A DNA stretch of 63,658 nucleotides, filler included, from Nitrospiraceae bacterium (GCA_037442105.1; 3 parts of 3 records of this genome joined end to end with filler, not necessarily neighbours in it); one strand, 5' to 3'; counted from the whole stretch's first letter, positions 1 to 11,209 are shown. Numbers and translations are program-made. The notes: generated from the sequence alone by a model not told the origin.

Positions 1-51
1 GCGACCTGCGGGTTCGAAGCCCGACGCTCTATCCAACTGAGCTACGGGCGC
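1..51 (-). tRNA. tRNA-Arg(TCG), 5' part (3' end runs off the window)
   Basis: Reverse complement GCGCCCG TA GCTC AGTTGGATA GAGC G TCGGG CT-TCG-AA CCCGC AGGTC: acceptor strand, D arm, anticodon arm. Confidence 0.9.
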
Positions 52-107
52 ACGGCGGAATACCATCACTTCGATCGGAAGTTTGTCAAGGAGAGGACGT
101 GCAAGAA

Positions 108-134
108 AGGAGGGGCACATGCCCAGCCCCTCCT
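108..134 (-). terminator. Probable intrinsic terminator after the RRM gene
   Basis: AGGAGGGGC/GCCCCTCCT stem followed by a T-rich tract on the minus strand. Confidence 0.55.
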
Positions 135-183
135 GAGATCGATTCGTGAAACCTGTAGGCCGAAACAAAGATCGAGACGGGAA

Positions 184-501
184 CTACCAACGATCACGGT
201 CTCTCGTACCGCCCCCGCCACCTGGTCCACCGCCACCCCCAAATGACCGCTTTTCCTGAGGCCTGGCTTCATTGACAACTAATGTCCGCCCGCCAAACTG
301 CGCCCCGTTCAGTGCGGCAATCGCTTTTTGCGCATCCTCATCTGTCGCCATTTCCACAAAGCCGAAGCCCCGGGATTGTCCGGTGTAGCGATCTGTAATC
401 ACCTTGGACGACTGGACTGCCCCATGCTGGGCAAACAGTTCGGACAGTTGTTGTTCCGTGGTGGAGTAGGGCAAGCTTCCAACATACAATTTGTTCCCCA
501 T
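184..501 (-). CDS. RRM-type RNA-binding protein
   Basis: KLYVGSL (RNP2), RGFGFVEM (RNP1), Gly-rich tail. Confidence 0.95.
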   Translation of the reverse strand: MGNKLYVGSLPYSTTEQQLSELFAQHGAVQSSKVITDRYTGQSRGFGFVEMATDEDAQKAIAALNGAQFGGRTLVVNEARPQEKRSFGGGGGPGGGGGTRDRDRW

Positions 502-736
502 AAGCGACCTCCGTCACTGCATTAACATGGTCTCCGCAAGAAGGAATGGAGGGGGAAAGGCAGGGGCAACCAGGCGCACCAGCACCACACGGTCACTCAC
601 ACTTTCCGGCCAGCTTCCTCTTACAAGCCAACATCGAATCAGGGCCCTTCCGCAAGGCATTTCATCGCATGACCCCTCAGCGATGAACTAAAAAAAGCAT
701 AGCACGGGCCCCAGGGCAGATCAACACGGGAGCGGT

Positions 737-1237
737 TCAGATGCAAGCAAGAATGTGGGCCGCTACTTGTTCGACGGACTGGCCTTCCGTGGCGATGGTG
801 TGATCGGCCGCCGCCTGGTACTTGGGTGTCCGTTCGCGCAACACGTCCTGGATCTCCTCGATGAAGGACTTGGCTCCGGTCAAGGAAGGCCGTTGCGTAT
901 CACCACCGATACGCGTCGCGATCGTCTCGACACTGGCCGTCAGCCAGAACAAGGTGCCGTTCTTCTTCAGGCTGTCGACATTCTGCGGCCGCAGAATCGC
1001 GCCGCCGCCTGTGTCGATGATCAACCCATCCTTCGCCGCCAGATCGCGACAGACCTCCGACTCGATATCCCGGAAATATTCCCAGCCGAACTGTTGCACG
1101 ATCTCAGGGATGGTGAGTTTGGCCCGTGCAATCACCTCGGCATCCGTGGAGACCAGATGTCTCTCCAGTCGCGCCGCGAGGATTTTCCCCACCGTGCTCT
1201 TACCGGTGCCTCGATAGCCGATCAGCACAATATTCAT
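737..1237 (-). CDS. aroK: Shikimate kinase
   Basis: GYRGTGKST Walker A, DTGGG, RPSL; follows aroE. Confidence 0.92.
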   Translation of the reverse strand: MNIVLIGYRGTGKSTVGKILAARLERHLVSTDAEVIARAKLTIPEIVQQFGWEYFRDIESEVCRDLAAKDGLIIDTGGGAILRPQNVDSLKKNGTLFWLTASVETIATRIGGDTQRPSLTGAKSFIEEIQDVLRERTPKYQAAADHTIATEGQSVEQVAAHILACI

Positions 1238-1241
1238 GGGA

Positions 1242-2096
1242 TCAGGAAAAACGGGATTCGAGGACCTCGCGCATCACGTCAACCGGCGCCGTCCGGTTGG
1301 TCCAGAGCTCGAACTGCGCCGCAGCCTGGTTGAGAAACATCTCCAGTCCCCGAATCACGCGACAGCCCGCAGCTTGGGCCTCCTTCAACAGGCGAGTCTC
1401 GCGCGGGTTATAGACGATATCCATGACGGCCAGCTTCGGGTGCAACACCTTGGTCGGCACGCAGGTCTCCTCGACTTTGGGGTGCATCCCCATCGGGGTA
1501 CAGTGGATCAGGACCTGCGCCTCCGGAAGCGCGCGCCGCAGAGCAGTGTCATCGAGATGCGCTTCCTTCACCGGCAGAGCGGTCTTCGCCTGCAGATCGG
1601 TGGCTAGCTGGTGACGTTCCCTCTCATCGATGCCGAGCAGCGTGAGGTACGCAATGGCCGACTCTGCTGCCAACGCAAACGCGATCGCGCGGGCTGCTCC
1701 GCCGGAGCCGAGGATGACCACATGGTTCCCGTTCAACGCCACCCCGCCCTCGCGGAGCGCCCGCAACGCCCCTACCGCGTCCGTATTGTAGCCGGTGAGT
1801 TTCCCTTTGTCCGCCACGATGGTGTTGATCGCTCCGATATGGCGGGCAGTCGGTTCTACCTCATCCAGAAACGGTATCGCCGAAACCTTGTGCGGAATCG
1901 TCACGCTGGCCCCGCGGAAGTTGCCGAGTGCCCGGAGTCCTTTGATCGCATCTCCGATCGTTTCGACCCGCCAGGCGAGATAGACGAAGTTCAGCCCGAG
2001 TTTTTGGAAGGCCGCGTTATGGATGGCCGGCGACAGGGAATGTTCAACCGGGTTGCCGATGACTCCGCAGAATTGGGTGTGTGCGTTGATCTCCAT
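1242..2096 (-). CDS. aroE: Shikimate dehydrogenase
   Basis: HSLSP, VTIPHK, NTD, GSGGAARA motifs. Confidence 0.95.
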   Translation of the reverse strand: MEINAHTQFCGVIGNPVEHSLSPAIHNAAFQKLGLNFVYLAWRVETIGDAIKGLRALGNFRGASVTIPHKVSAIPFLDEVEPTARHIGAINTIVADKGKLTGYNTDAVGALRALREGGVALNGNHVVILGSGGAARAIAFALAAESAIAYLTLLGIDERERHQLATDLQAKTALPVKEAHLDDTALRRALPEAQVLIHCTPMGMHPKVEETCVPTKVLHPKLAVMDIVYNPRETRLLKEAQAAGCRVIRGLEMFLNQAAAQFELWTNRTAPVDVMREVLESRFS

Positions 2097-2117
2097 CGCC
2101 GGTTACGAATCCTACGG

Positions 2118-2423
2118 CTACTTTTTCAGAGAGACTTTCAGTGCGATGTACTGCGGCCCCGTTACCTGGTACAGAACGATGACTTTATCGCCGTTCTTCA
2201 GATCCTTGATACTTTTGAGGCTTCCTTCGAATTGGGTCTTGTCGTTGGCCACAAAGGTGAAGCGCGTACCGCCGCTGTCCTTCTTCACCGCGAACCTGCC
2301 GGTTGCCGGATCGACCATGAGGACCGTCCCGGGAAATTCAGTTCCGGCTTGAGCAAGAGTATTACTCGGCGGGATGGCCACCGAGACCACGGCGAGGAGC
2401 AGAACAAGCAGGGCTCTGCGCAT
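2118..2423 (-). CDS. Small exported hypothetical protein
   Basis: Signal peptide; tightly packed in the operon. Confidence 0.75.
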   Translation of the reverse strand: MRRALLVLLLAVVSVAIPPSNTLAQAGTEFPGTVLMVDPATGRFAVKKDSGGTRFTFVANDKTQFEGSLKSIKDLKNGDKVIVLYQVTGPQYIALKVSLKK

Positions 2424-2431
2424 TATCCTCC

Positions 2432-3187
2432 CTACTGCGCGGTCATGCCGCCATCGATCGGAAAGGTTCCCCCGGTCACCCAGGCTGCCTCGTCGGAGGC
2501 CAGGTACAAGACCAGCTTGGCGACCTCCTCCGGCTTCCCGGGACGGCGAATGGGATAGTGTGATAGGACTTCGGCCGACATGGCCGGATCATTCAGCAAG
2601 CTCGTAGCCATTGGAGTATCGATTAAGCCGGGGTTCACGATATTGCAGCGGATCCCGTCCGCCGCATAGTCAACAGCCATCGCACGAGTCAAGGCGTCCA
2701 CCCCGCCTTTCGAGGCCGAATAGACCGACGAGGCCGGAATCCCCACGAGACTTGCGATCGAGGAGATGTTGACGATAGCCCCGCCTCCGCTCTTGAGCAT
2801 GGACGGCACGACCGCGCGCGTCATTCGGAAGACACCTGTCAGGTTCACATCCAACATCTGTTGCCAGGCGGCATCATCGGTCTCGTGTATTTTCCTTCCG
2901 AACTCGCCGATGCCCGCATTGTTGATCAACACGTTGATCCGACCGAACATCCGCACCGTCTGAGCCACCACCTCGTGGACATGCGCATCATCCGTCACAG
3001 AGCCGGCCACGGCGAGCGCCTTGCCCTTGTCACGTTCGATCTCCTTCACCACCTGCTCCAACTCATCCTTGCGCCGCCCCGTGATGACGACCGCAGCCCC
3101 TTCCTGGGCAAACAGTTTGGCAATCGCCTTCCCGATGCCGGCATTGCCACCTGTTATGATCGCCACTTTCCCCCGCAGCCGACTCAT
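2432..3187 (-). CDS. SDR family oxidoreductase
   Basis: TGGNAGIG, NNAG, YSASK motifs. Confidence 0.95.
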   Translation of the reverse strand: MSRLRGKVAIITGGNAGIGKAIAKLFAQEGAAVVITGRRKDELEQVVKEIERDKGKALAVAGSVTDDAHVHEVVAQTVRMFGRINVLINNAGIGEFGRKIHETDDAAWQQMLDVNLTGVFRMTRAVVPSMLKSGGGAIVNISSIASLVGIPASSVYSASKGGVDALTRAMAVDYAADGIRCNIVNPGLIDTPMATSLLNDPAMSAEVLSHYPIRRPGKPEEVAKLVLYLASDEAAWVTGGTFPIDGGMTAQ

Positions 3188-4065
3188 ACATGTTCCCTTC
3201 TCGTGTCTCCAGTGGGCTCTGTCCTTTCCTCGCCGTCAGCCATGTGTGCCGCCAGGCCACTGCCATCAGACCAGAGCCCCGGTTCTACCTTCCGCGCCAC
3301 AGTAAGAAAACCGGAATGGGCAACCATGCGATGATCCGGCCTGACACTCCTGCCCTGGATAGACCAGGTTCGCAAGAGGGTCTCGAAGGTCTGGATCATC
3401 CCGAATACGGCGGCCCCCTCGAGGGCTTCGACCGTCTGCATCACTTGCGGTACCGTCGGCACGAAACTGAGGTAGACGCCTCCGGACCGTAAGACCTTCG
3501 CTGCGTGGGGCACCACCTGCCAGGGCTCCGGCAGATCCAGCACAAGCCGGTCGAAGGAAACCCCGTCTTCCGGCAGATCGATACCCTCATACGCGTTCCT
3601 TCGGCAGAGTGTCAGGTTGGCGGGCGCGCCGAGGTATCGCTCGATGTTCGCCATGGCCATCCTGGCAAAGTCGTCCCTCGCTTCGTAGGTCACGACCGAG
3701 CCCTTAGGTCCGACGGCCCGCAACAGAGCCATCGTCAAAGCACCGGACCCGGTCCCCGCTTCGAACACCCGGGCACCCGGATACACATCGCCCCACATGG
3801 TGATCAATGCCAGATCCTTAGGATAGAGCACTTGCGCTCCGCGCGGCATTTTTACGACATATTCGCCGAAGGTCGGGCGCAGAGCCAGCATCCGCTTCCC
3901 TCGGGAGAGCTCCATCAACGACCCGTCAGGCTTGCCGATGAGCTCGTCGTGAGGAATCGTCTCCCCGCTGAAGTGGAACGTATCCCCGGCCTTCAGCGTC
4001 AAGGCGTACGATCGCCCCTTCTTGTCGACCAGGTGAATTCGCTCGCCATTTTGAAGATGTGTCAT
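3184..4065 (-). CDS. trmI: tRNA (adenine58-N1)-methyltransferase
   Basis: QVLYPKD, EAGTGSG, LDLPEPW, RPDHRMVAHSGFL; start moved to ATG 4065. Confidence 0.9.
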   Translation of the reverse strand: MTHLQNGERIHLVDKKGRSYALTLKAGDTFHFSGETIPHDELIGKPDGSLMELSRGKRMLALRPTFGEYVVKMPRGAQVLYPKDLALITMWGDVYPGARVFEAGTGSGALTMALLRAVGPKGSVVTYEARDDFARMAMANIERYLGAPANLTLCRRNAYEGIDLPEDGVSFDRLVLDLPEPWQVVPHAAKVLRSGGVYLSFVPTVPQVMQTVEALEGAAVFGMIQTFETLLRTWSIQGRSVRPDHRMVAHSGFLTVARKVEPGLWSDGSGLAAHMADGEERTEPTGDTRREHV

Positions 4066-4236
4066 GGAACGCCATTCTAGGAGACTGCCAACAGGCTTTG
4101 CAACCGACATGGGGCACGTGCCGTTCCTTGACAGGGTTCCAGGTGGGCCGTATGATCCGTTCACGCTCACGCGCGAGCATGTCAAATAGATCGCTGCTGA
4201 TTTCGCTTCACCTGCTCTCCGCGCACGGAGTTCCAG

Positions 4237-5571
4237 ATGCGTGGTTGTGCTCTTCACTATTCCACTCGTCCGGTTTTTTGGCTACTCCTCCTGCCCCTCG
4301 TCTTGTGGTGGGTTCTTGTTCAGATGGCATCTGCCGGCATGGCGGACGAGGTCGTCGTGGCCTCGTATGAAGGCGTGATCAATCCCGTTGCCGCTGAATA
4401 CCTGCACGATGCCCTCGCCTCTGCACAGGAAGGCGGGGCTCAGGCCTTGATTATCCGTCTCGATACGCCAGGCGGCCTCGATACTTCCATGCGGCTCATT
4501 ATTAAAGACATCACCGGCGCCACAATCCCCGTGGTGGCCTATGTGTCGCCGAGCGGCGGACGTGCCGCCTCGGCCGGCGTGTTTATCACCATGGCCGCCC
4601 ACATCGCGGCGATGGCTCCCGGTACGAACATCGGCGCCGCCCATCCCGTGGCAATGGGTGGGGGTGAGATGGACAAGACGATGAAGGAGAAGGTCGAGAA
4701 CGATTCTGTGGCCTACATCAAGTCCATCGCCGAGCAACGGGGACGGAACGTCGCCTGGGCGGAGGATGCCGTCCGCAAGAGCGTCGCCGTAACGGAGCGG
4801 GAAGCGCTGAAGCTGAAGATCATCGATCTGGTTGCGGAGGATCTACCGGCGCTACTGAAACAACTGGACGGGCGCACGGCGATTCTCCAAGCCGGCCCCG
4901 CTGTACTGCATACGGGCGGTGCGACAGTTCGTGAATTCCCGATGGGCGTACGCCTCGAATTGCTCAAAGTGCTGAGCGACCCGAACATTGCGTACCTGCT
5001 GATGGCAATCGGCACCATTGGGATACTGGCCGAGCTTTACAACCCCGGCGCAATCCTGCCGGGAATCGTCGGAGCCATCAGCCTGATTCTCGCCTTCTAT
5101 TCCTTCCAGTCGCTGCCGGTAAACTATGCCGGTGTCCTGCTCGTGATCTTGGGCATCGTGTTTTTCATCCTTGAAGCGACCGTGACGAGCTACGGCCTGC
5201 TGGCGATCGGCGGGATCATATCCATGGTCCTGGGATCGTTGATGTTGATCAAGACAGACGCGGAATTTCTCCAATTGTCGTGGGGCATGATTGTGCCGGT
5301 GGTGGCGTTTGCCGCCATCTGTACCTTGCTCATCGTCGGCATGGCCGTGCGGGCGATGCGGCGACAGCCCACCACCGGGAGCGAGGGAATGGTCGGAACA
5401 ATCGGCGTGGCGAAAACCCCGCTGACTCCGCGGGGCCAGCTCTCCATCCACGGTGAATTGTGGGAGGCGATCAGCGAACAACCGCTTCAGCCTGGCGAAC
5501 AGGCTGAGGTCACAAGGGTGGAGGGGCTCAAACTCTACGTCAGACCCGTGCTCCAGAAAAGAGAGGCCTAA
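4237..5571 (+). CDS. nfeD: NfeD-family membrane-bound serine protease
   Basis: LDTPGG, AASAG, GAAHP, TM region, C-terminal GELWEA; paired with an SPFH gene. Confidence 0.92.
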   Translation: MRGCALHYSTRPVFWLLLLPLVLWWVLVQMASAGMADEVVVASYEGVINPVAAEYLHDALASAQEGGAQALIIRLDTPGGLDTSMRLIIKDITGATIPVVAYVSPSGGRAASAGVFITMAAHIAAMAPGTNIGAAHPVAMGGGEMDKTMKEKVENDSVAYIKSIAEQRGRNVAWAEDAVRKSVAVTEREALKLKIIDLVAEDLPALLKQLDGRTAILQAGPAVLHTGGATVREFPMGVRLELLKVLSDPNIAYLLMAIGTIGILAELYNPGAILPGIVGAISLILAFYSFQSLPVNYAGVLLVILGIVFFILEATVTSYGLLAIGGIISMVLGSLMLIKTDAEFLQLSWGMIVPVVAFAAICTLLIVGMAVRAMRRQPTTGSEGMVGTIGVAKTPLTPRGQLSIHGELWEAISEQPLQPGEQAEVTRVEGLKLYVRPVLQKREA

Positions 5572-5573
5572 TC

Positions 5574-6356
5574 ATGCTCTTCAGTCCGGTCGGACTTCTA
5601 TTGGTGGCGATCCTCGCAGTTGTAGTCATTAAACTGACCTTCAATGTTCTTCCCGAATACGAACGCGCCGTCATCTTCCGGCTCGGCCGCCTCGCGCGCG
5701 GCCTCTACGGCGGCACCGGACCCGGGCTCGTCATCATCGTGCCTTTCATCGATCGGTTAGTCCGGGTCAGCCTACGTACCGTAGCGATGGATGTGCCGCC
5801 CCAGGATGTCATCACGAAGGACAACGTCACCGTCAAGGTGAACGCCGTCATCTACTTCCGGGTCGTGGACCAGGAGCGAGCCATCATTCAAGTCGAAGAC
5901 TATCTCTACGCCACATCCATGATGTCTCAGACCACGCTCCGCAGCGTGCTTGGGCAGAGTCAGCTCGATGACCTCCTGGCCAAGCGAGAGCAGATCAACG
6001 CGGATCTCCAACGGATCATCGATCAACAGACAGAACCATGGGGCGTGAAAGTGACCGCCGTCGAGGTGAAGAACGTCGACCTTCCCCAAGAAATGCAGCG
6101 AGCCATCGCGCGCCAGGCGGAGGCAGAACGGGAACGCCGGGCCAAGGTCATTCACGCCGAAGGCGAATTCGAGGCAGCCCGGCGGCTGGCTGACGCCGCC
6201 GACGTCATCAGCCAAAACCCAGCCGCGCTGCAGCTCCGTTATCTCCAAACCTTGGTCGAGATTTCCGCCGAGAAGAACTCAACGACGATCTTTCCGATCC
6301 CGATCGATACCATTGCACCCTTTCTCAAGAACTGGGGCAATAAGGCCTCGCCATAG
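5574..6356 (+). CDS. SPFH/stomatin (slipin) family protein
   Basis: [31 protein letters not shown]. Confidence 0.95.
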   Translation: MLFSPVGLLLVAILAVVVIKLTFNVLPEYERAVIFRLGRLARGLYGGTGPGLVIIVPFIDRLVRVSLRTVAMDVPPQDVITKDNVTVKVNAVIYFRVVDQERAIIQVEDYLYATSMMSQTTLRSVLGQSQLDDLLAKREQINADLQRIIDQQTEPWGVKVTAVEVKNVDLPQEMQRAIARQAEAERERRAKVIHAEGEFEAARRLADAADVISQNPAALQLRYLQTLVEISAEKNSTTIFPIPIDTIAPFLKNWGNKASP

Positions 6357-6655
6357 GCCTTCTGCCACAGTGCACACAGAGTTCTCCGTGTGCCCTGATC
6401 ATTAGACGATTCTTATCTAGCGATCAACCTCAGCGACACTTCAGTCTTTTTCCCCACCTTCCTCAGTTGGTCCTCGTATTTCGCCAATCCAGCACGAGAT
6501 TTGCTCCGTATTAATACAAGAGCCAGCCTATTCTTCGAAATTATCGCGGGCTGAATCCTTTTCACGGTCCTCTGTCTCTAAATAGATGCAGGTGACAGGA
6601 CGGTTCAATCGCGGCAGATGAAGCCCGCTCTAGGGGGCGGGAAAGAGGTAAAGAG

Positions 6656-7921
6656 ATGAATGACGATTTCGGTCTCGAACGTGTGCAGGAAGGCCAAGAA
6701 GAGAAAGTGTCCGCCGTCATCGAGCTTGACGCAGACGATGCCGAAGCCAGCGGACTGCTTGACGTGATCGGCCGCAATGCGGCAGAGATCGCCGACACCG
6801 TGGAGCAACCAGAGGCGAAGCCACGCGAGGTCCAGCGCCAGGGGCCGTTCCTTCTTGAATCGCTGTACTTCCATTCTTTTGGGGAGCGCCCGCTCCTGAC
6901 GCGAGACGAAGAGGTGTCGATCGCCAAGCGGATCGATGCAGGCACTCGCGCGATCAGGACCGCTCTTCGCCTGTCGATGAAGACGGCCTCCCGCTTGAAG
7001 CGGTCGGAGAATACTCAGACGGCGATACGGACGCTGCAGGTAATCCGGCGGTTAAGCGGCCTCTCCGCAACCGCACTGGACAAGGCCGATGCAAGTCTTA
7101 CGAGCCTCCTGCGCGAAACGAAAGGCCCGGGGAAGACGGCGGCGGCGGTTCAGAAACAACTGAAGGCCTGCCTCTCTCAGTTGCGAGTTTCTCGCACCGT
7201 GCTGGAAAAGGCCAAGGACGAGTTGGTCCGCTGCAATCTGCGTCTGGTCGTCGATGTGGCCAAACATTACACAGGCCGAGGCCTCACACTCCTCGACCTC
7301 GTACAGGAAGGCAACATCGGGCTGATGAAAGCCGCGGAACGGTATCAGTATCGCAAGGGCTTCAAGTTCAGCACGTACGCCACGTGGTGGATCCGGCAGG
7401 GCATCACACGCGCGTTAGCCGACCAGTCCAGGACCATCCGTATTCCGGTCCACCAGACCGAAGCCTCCAACCGAATCTTGCGGGTGTCGCGCCGGCTGGG
7501 CCAGCAACTGGGCCGCCCGGCGAGGTTAGAGGAAGTGGCGAGTGCGTTGCGGATGAGGCCCGAACGGCTACACGAAACCGTGCAGGCGTTCCAGGAGCCG
7601 GTCGCCCTGGAGAATCCTATTGGAGACGGCGACACTCAATTTGGCGACCTGTTGCCGGATCACCAAGCGGTGTCTCCGGATGCGCATGTCCACCGGACGG
7701 AGCTCACGCGGGAACTCGACCGTATCCTAGGCACCCTGACGCCGCGGGAGCAGACGGTGATCCGCCTCCGATTCGGCATCGGCGAGGATCACCCACGAAC
7801 CCTCGAGCAAGTCGGTCAAAGCCTCTCAGTCACGAGAGAACGTATCCGACAAATCGAGGCCAAGGCGCTGAAGAAGCTAAAAACGCCGGAAGTTCGACAG
7901 TTGTTCACCGCGATTAAGTAA
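6656..7921 (+). CDS. Sigma-70 family RNA polymerase sigma factor (RpoD/RpoS-like)
   Basis: NLRLVV, DLVQEGNIGLMKA, FSTYATWWIRQ, TRERIRQIE. Confidence 0.93.
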   Translation: MNDDFGLERVQEGQEEKVSAVIELDADDAEASGLLDVIGRNAAEIADTVEQPEAKPREVQRQGPFLLESLYFHSFGERPLLTRDEEVSIAKRIDAGTRAIRTALRLSMKTASRLKRSENTQTAIRTLQVIRRLSGLSATALDKADASLTSLLRETKGPGKTAAAVQKQLKACLSQLRVSRTVLEKAKDELVRCNLRLVVDVAKHYTGRGLTLLDLVQEGNIGLMKAAERYQYRKGFKFSTYATWWIRQGITRALADQSRTIRIPVHQTEASNRILRVSRRLGQQLGRPARLEEVASALRMRPERLHETVQAFQEPVALENPIGDGDTQFGDLLPDHQAVSPDAHVHRTELTRELDRILGTLTPREQTVIRLRFGIGEDHPRTLEQVGQSLSVTRERIRQIEAKALKKLKTPEVRQLFTAIK

Positions 7922-7950
7922 GGCTGCTACTTCACAAGTGCGTTATCGGG

Positions 7951-7983
7951 ACGGGCGAGGGGAATCCCCCCTCGCCCGTTTTC
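7951..7983 (+). terminator. Rho-independent terminator
   Basis: ACGGGCGAGGGG/CCCCTCGCCCGT stem followed by T tract. Confidence 0.8.
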
Positions 7984-8078
7984 GTTCCTGTGAACTTCCG
8001 CCATAGAGCAAGTTGTGAGACAATGGGTGTGTGGAACAGAGAGCGTTCGTGTTCTTCACCACTACGATTGATCGTTTC

Positions 8079-9131
8079 ATGATGCAACGTTTTCGCTTTA
8101 TACTGATGTTTATGGTCGTGCCGCTGTGCCTGAGCGCAGTCCTGTTCGGCTCAATCACCGTTTATGCCCAGGTCACGCCGCACGAGTCTCACGACAAAGT
8201 CCTCTCCGTGCCGGCGGTCGTGGCAAAAGTGCGTCCTTCCGTCGTCACGATCATGACACGCGGCGTGGCGGCTAATCCCTCTCAACATTCTGTTCCGCCC
8301 GGGTCTGGCTCTGGCGTCATCATCGATGCGGGTGGATATATCCTTACCAACAACCATCTGGTCGAAGGCGTGAAAAGCCTCGTCGTCGGGTTATCGAGCG
8401 GTCGGCTTGTTCCTGGCCGCGTCGTCGGCAGAGACTTCCTGCTCGACCTCGCGCTCGTGAAGGTTGCCGCACAAGACCTCATCCCGGCACAGCTCAGCCA
8501 GACCGTGTCGCTCGAGATCGGCGAAACAGTCGTCGCAATCGGCAACCCGCTGGCGCTCAAGGGCGGCTCGACCGTCACCGTCGGTGTCGTGAGCGCATTG
8601 GATCGCTCTGTCCTGACTCCAAACGGCGAAACGCTCTACGACCTGATCCAGACCGATGCGGCCATCAACCCCGGCAGCAGCGGCGGCCCGCTTGTCGACC
8701 TGTCAGGCCGTGTCATCGGCATCAATGTCGCGATTGCGCCTTCCGCCCAAGCCATCAGCTATGCGATCTCGATGGAAGCCATTTATCCCCATATTCAATC
8801 AATGATCGTTCGCGGGTCAGTGCTCCGGCCCGATTTAGGCTTCGTACCGATCACCATTACGCCGAGCATCGCCGCGAGCTTCGATCTGGAAGCCGATCGC
8901 GGAATCCTGGCGTTGCAAGTCGATCCGGCCAAGCCGGCAGGCCAAGCCGGCCTTCAGCCGGGCGACGTCATCACGGCCGTCGACTCCCATCAGATCTATA
9001 ATATGGGTGACTTCTGGCATGCGCTGTTGCGAAGCGGAGACCAACCGTCCGTTCAGCTAACCCTGCAAGGACGAAATGGAGGAACCACAGTGACACTGAA
9101 CAAACCACTGGTATCGAGGACCACGCAGTAA
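8079..9131 (+). CDS. HtrA-family trypsin-like serine protease with PDZ domain
   Basis: GSGVII, TNNH, QTDAAINPGSSGGPL, C-terminal PDZ; start uncertain. Confidence 0.9.
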   Translation: MMQRFRFILMFMVVPLCLSAVLFGSITVYAQVTPHESHDKVLSVPAVVAKVRPSVVTIMTRGVAANPSQHSVPPGSGSGVIIDAGGYILTNNHLVEGVKSLVVGLSSGRLVPGRVVGRDFLLDLALVKVAAQDLIPAQLSQTVSLEIGETVVAIGNPLALKGGSTVTVGVVSALDRSVLTPNGETLYDLIQTDAAINPGSSGGPLVDLSGRVIGINVAIAPSAQAISYAISMEAIYPHIQSMIVRGSVLRPDLGFVPITITPSIAASFDLEADRGILALQVDPAKPAGQAGLQPGDVITAVDSHQIYNMGDFWHALLRSGDQPSVQLTLQGRNGGTTVTLNKPLVSRTTQ

Positions 9132-9141
9132 AGATATCGCC

Positions 9142-9942
9142 ATGACCCTTCTCGCAATTCATGCCGATCCTCTCCGAGACGCGCCGTCCTCGTCTCGCAC
9201 CACAACATCCGGTCTGCTGTACCTCTATGATCGGGTACCGTATGCCTCGGCGTGGGAACTTCAGCGAACGTTGCACGAGGAGCGCGTGAACGACCAGCGA
9301 CCGGACACGTTGCTGTTGCTCGAGCATGATCCGGTGTACACGCTGGGACGCAGCACGAAAGTCGCGCACTGGAGCGGTGACGAGGCCTCCTTAAAGGCTG
9401 AAGGGTGCGCCGTTTATCACGCCAACCGCGGCGGGTCCATCACCTATCACGGACCCGGTCAAGTGGTCGGCTATCCGATCCTGCGGGTGAGGGACCATTG
9501 TTCCGGTCCCAAATCCTACATGCGGTTGCTGGAAGAGGTGACCATCCGGACACTGGCCGAGTGGGGCATCGTAGGCCGCCGTCTTGAGCAATTAACCGGC
9601 GTGTGGGTGGAACAGGAGTCTCCCGCGAAGATCGCGGCGCTGGGCGTCCATATCTCTCGTGGCGTGGCCATGCACGGCTTCGCGTTGAACGTATCCATTG
9701 ATCTGACTCCCTTCTCCCGCATCATCCCTTGTGGCCTGCCGAACTGCCGGGTCACGTCAATGGCCGACATCCTGGGGGACTCAGTACCCATGTCCCAGGT
9801 GAAATCAGCACTCGCAAAGCACTTTGCCGACGTCTTCCGGATCGAGTGGACCGAGACGACCGGTCCCGGATTCAATCCAGCTCAAACAGAGCATGCCGGC
9901 GCATCGTCTACGGACAGGCTGCGATTGCCGGTTGAATCGTGA
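9142..9942 (+). CDS. lipB: Lipoyl(octanoyl) transferase
   Basis: LLEHDPVYTLG, RGGSITYHGPGQ, HGFALN, IIPCG. Confidence 0.95.
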   Translation: MTLLAIHADPLRDAPSSSRTTTSGLLYLYDRVPYASAWELQRTLHEERVNDQRPDTLLLLEHDPVYTLGRSTKVAHWSGDEASLKAEGCAVYHANRGGSITYHGPGQVVGYPILRVRDHCSGPKSYMRLLEEVTIRTLAEWGIVGRRLEQLTGVWVEQESPAKIAALGVHISRGVAMHGFALNVSIDLTPFSRIIPCGLPNCRVTSMADILGDSVPMSQVKSALAKHFADVFRIEWTETTGPGFNPAQTEHAGASSTDRLRLPVES

Positions 9943-9952
9943 CGAGGAACCC

Positions 9953-11209
9953 ATGAATGAACTCGATACGCCAACTTTTCGCCTTGCGGTCGCTCAATTC
10001 GATCAAGCCGCCGATGCAATGCGCCTCGACCCGAATCTTCGCGAACGCCTCAAACTGCCACAGCGGTCACTCATGGTCAGCGTCCCTGTCAGGATGGATG
10101 ACGGACGTGTCGAAGTGTTTACCGGCTACCGGGTCCAGCACGATTCGTCCCGAGGTCCGTCGAAGGGAGGAATCCGCTACCACCCGGACGTGTGCCTCGG
10201 CGAGGTGGCAGCGCTCGCCATGTGGATGACCTGGAAATGCGCACTGGCCGATCTCCCTTACGGGGGCGCCAAAGGCGGCGTGAAAGTGAACCCTAAACAA
10301 CTGTCCCGCGCCGAGTTGCAGCGGTTGACGCGCCGCTACGCAGCCGAGATCTTTCCTCTGATCGGGCCTGACAAGGATGTCCCGGCTCCGGATGTCGGCA
10401 CCGACTCTCAGGTGATGGCCTGGATCATGGACACCTATAGCCAGCAAGTGGGTTACGCGGTCCAAGGGGTCGTGACGGGCAAGCCTCTGGTGATCGGTGG
10501 GAGTCTAGGCCGCGAGGAAGCCACCGGCCGCGGCGTGGTCAACGTGACCATTGAAGCGCTGCGCCATCTGAAGCTCGCGATCGACCGGGCGACGGTGGCG
10601 ATCCAGGGAATCGGCAATGTTGGATCCCACACCGCTCTGATCATGCAACAATGCGGCGCGCGGGTCGTGGCGGTGAGTGATGTATCCGGAGGGCTGTACA
10701 ACCCGAAGGGGCTCGACATTCCCGAGCTGCTCAAACGCTACCGGCAGTCCGGCCAGACCCTTCGCGACACGAAACTGGGAGACTTTATTACCAACGAAGA
10801 ATTGCTCCAGCTAGAGTGCACGGTTCTGGTTCCCGCGGCGCTGTCGGAGCAGATCACCGAGAAGAATGCCCCCCGATTGCGGTGTCGCGTGCTCGCAGAA
10901 GGCGCGAACGGTCCCACCACTCTCGAAGCGGATCGGATCCTGACCGACAAGGGCGTGTTCATCATTCCCGACATTCTGGCCAACTCCGGCGGGGTGATCG
11001 TCTCCTATTTCGAATGGGTCCAGGACCTTCAACGCTTCTTCTGGAAAGCGAAGGACATCCAGGACCGACTGCACGAAATCATCACGCAGGCATTCCATCG
11101 TACCCTGCACTTCGCCACTGAGAAGCGGACGACCATGCGCATGGCTGCCTTGATGAACGGAATTGACAAAGTGGCCCAGGCTCATTTGCAGCGCGGCTTG
11201 TATCCGTAA
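9953..11209 (+). CDS. gdhA: Glu/Leu/Phe/Val dehydrogenase (glutamate dehydrogenase)
   Basis: KGGIRYHP, GGAKGG, DVPAPD, EGANGPT; start at ATG 9953 after GAGGA. Confidence 0.9.
   Translation: MNELDTPTFRLAVAQFDQAADAMRLDPNLRERLKLPQRSLMVSVPVRMDDGRVEVFTGYRVQHDSSRGPSKGGIRYHPDVCLGEVAALAMWMTWKCALADLPYGGAKGGVKVNPKQLSRAELQRLTRRYAAEIFPLIGPDKDVPAPDVGTDSQVMAWIMDTYSQQVGYAVQGVVTGKPLVIGGSLGREEATGRGVVNVTIEALRHLKLAIDRATVAIQGIGNVGSHTALIMQQCGARVVAVSDVSGGLYNPKGLDIPELLKRYRQSGQTLRDTKLGDFITNEELLQLECTVLVPAALSEQITEKNAPRLRCRVLAEGANGPTTLEADRILTDKGVFIIPDILANSGGVIVSYFEWVQDLQRFFWKAKDIQDRLHEIITQAFHRTLHFATEKRTTMRMAALMNGIDKVAQAHLQRGLYP

Noticed and set aside
6490..6506. Possible sigma-54 site CAGCACGAGATTTGCT upstream of the sigma factor gene
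   Set aside because: Lacks the invariant GG at -24
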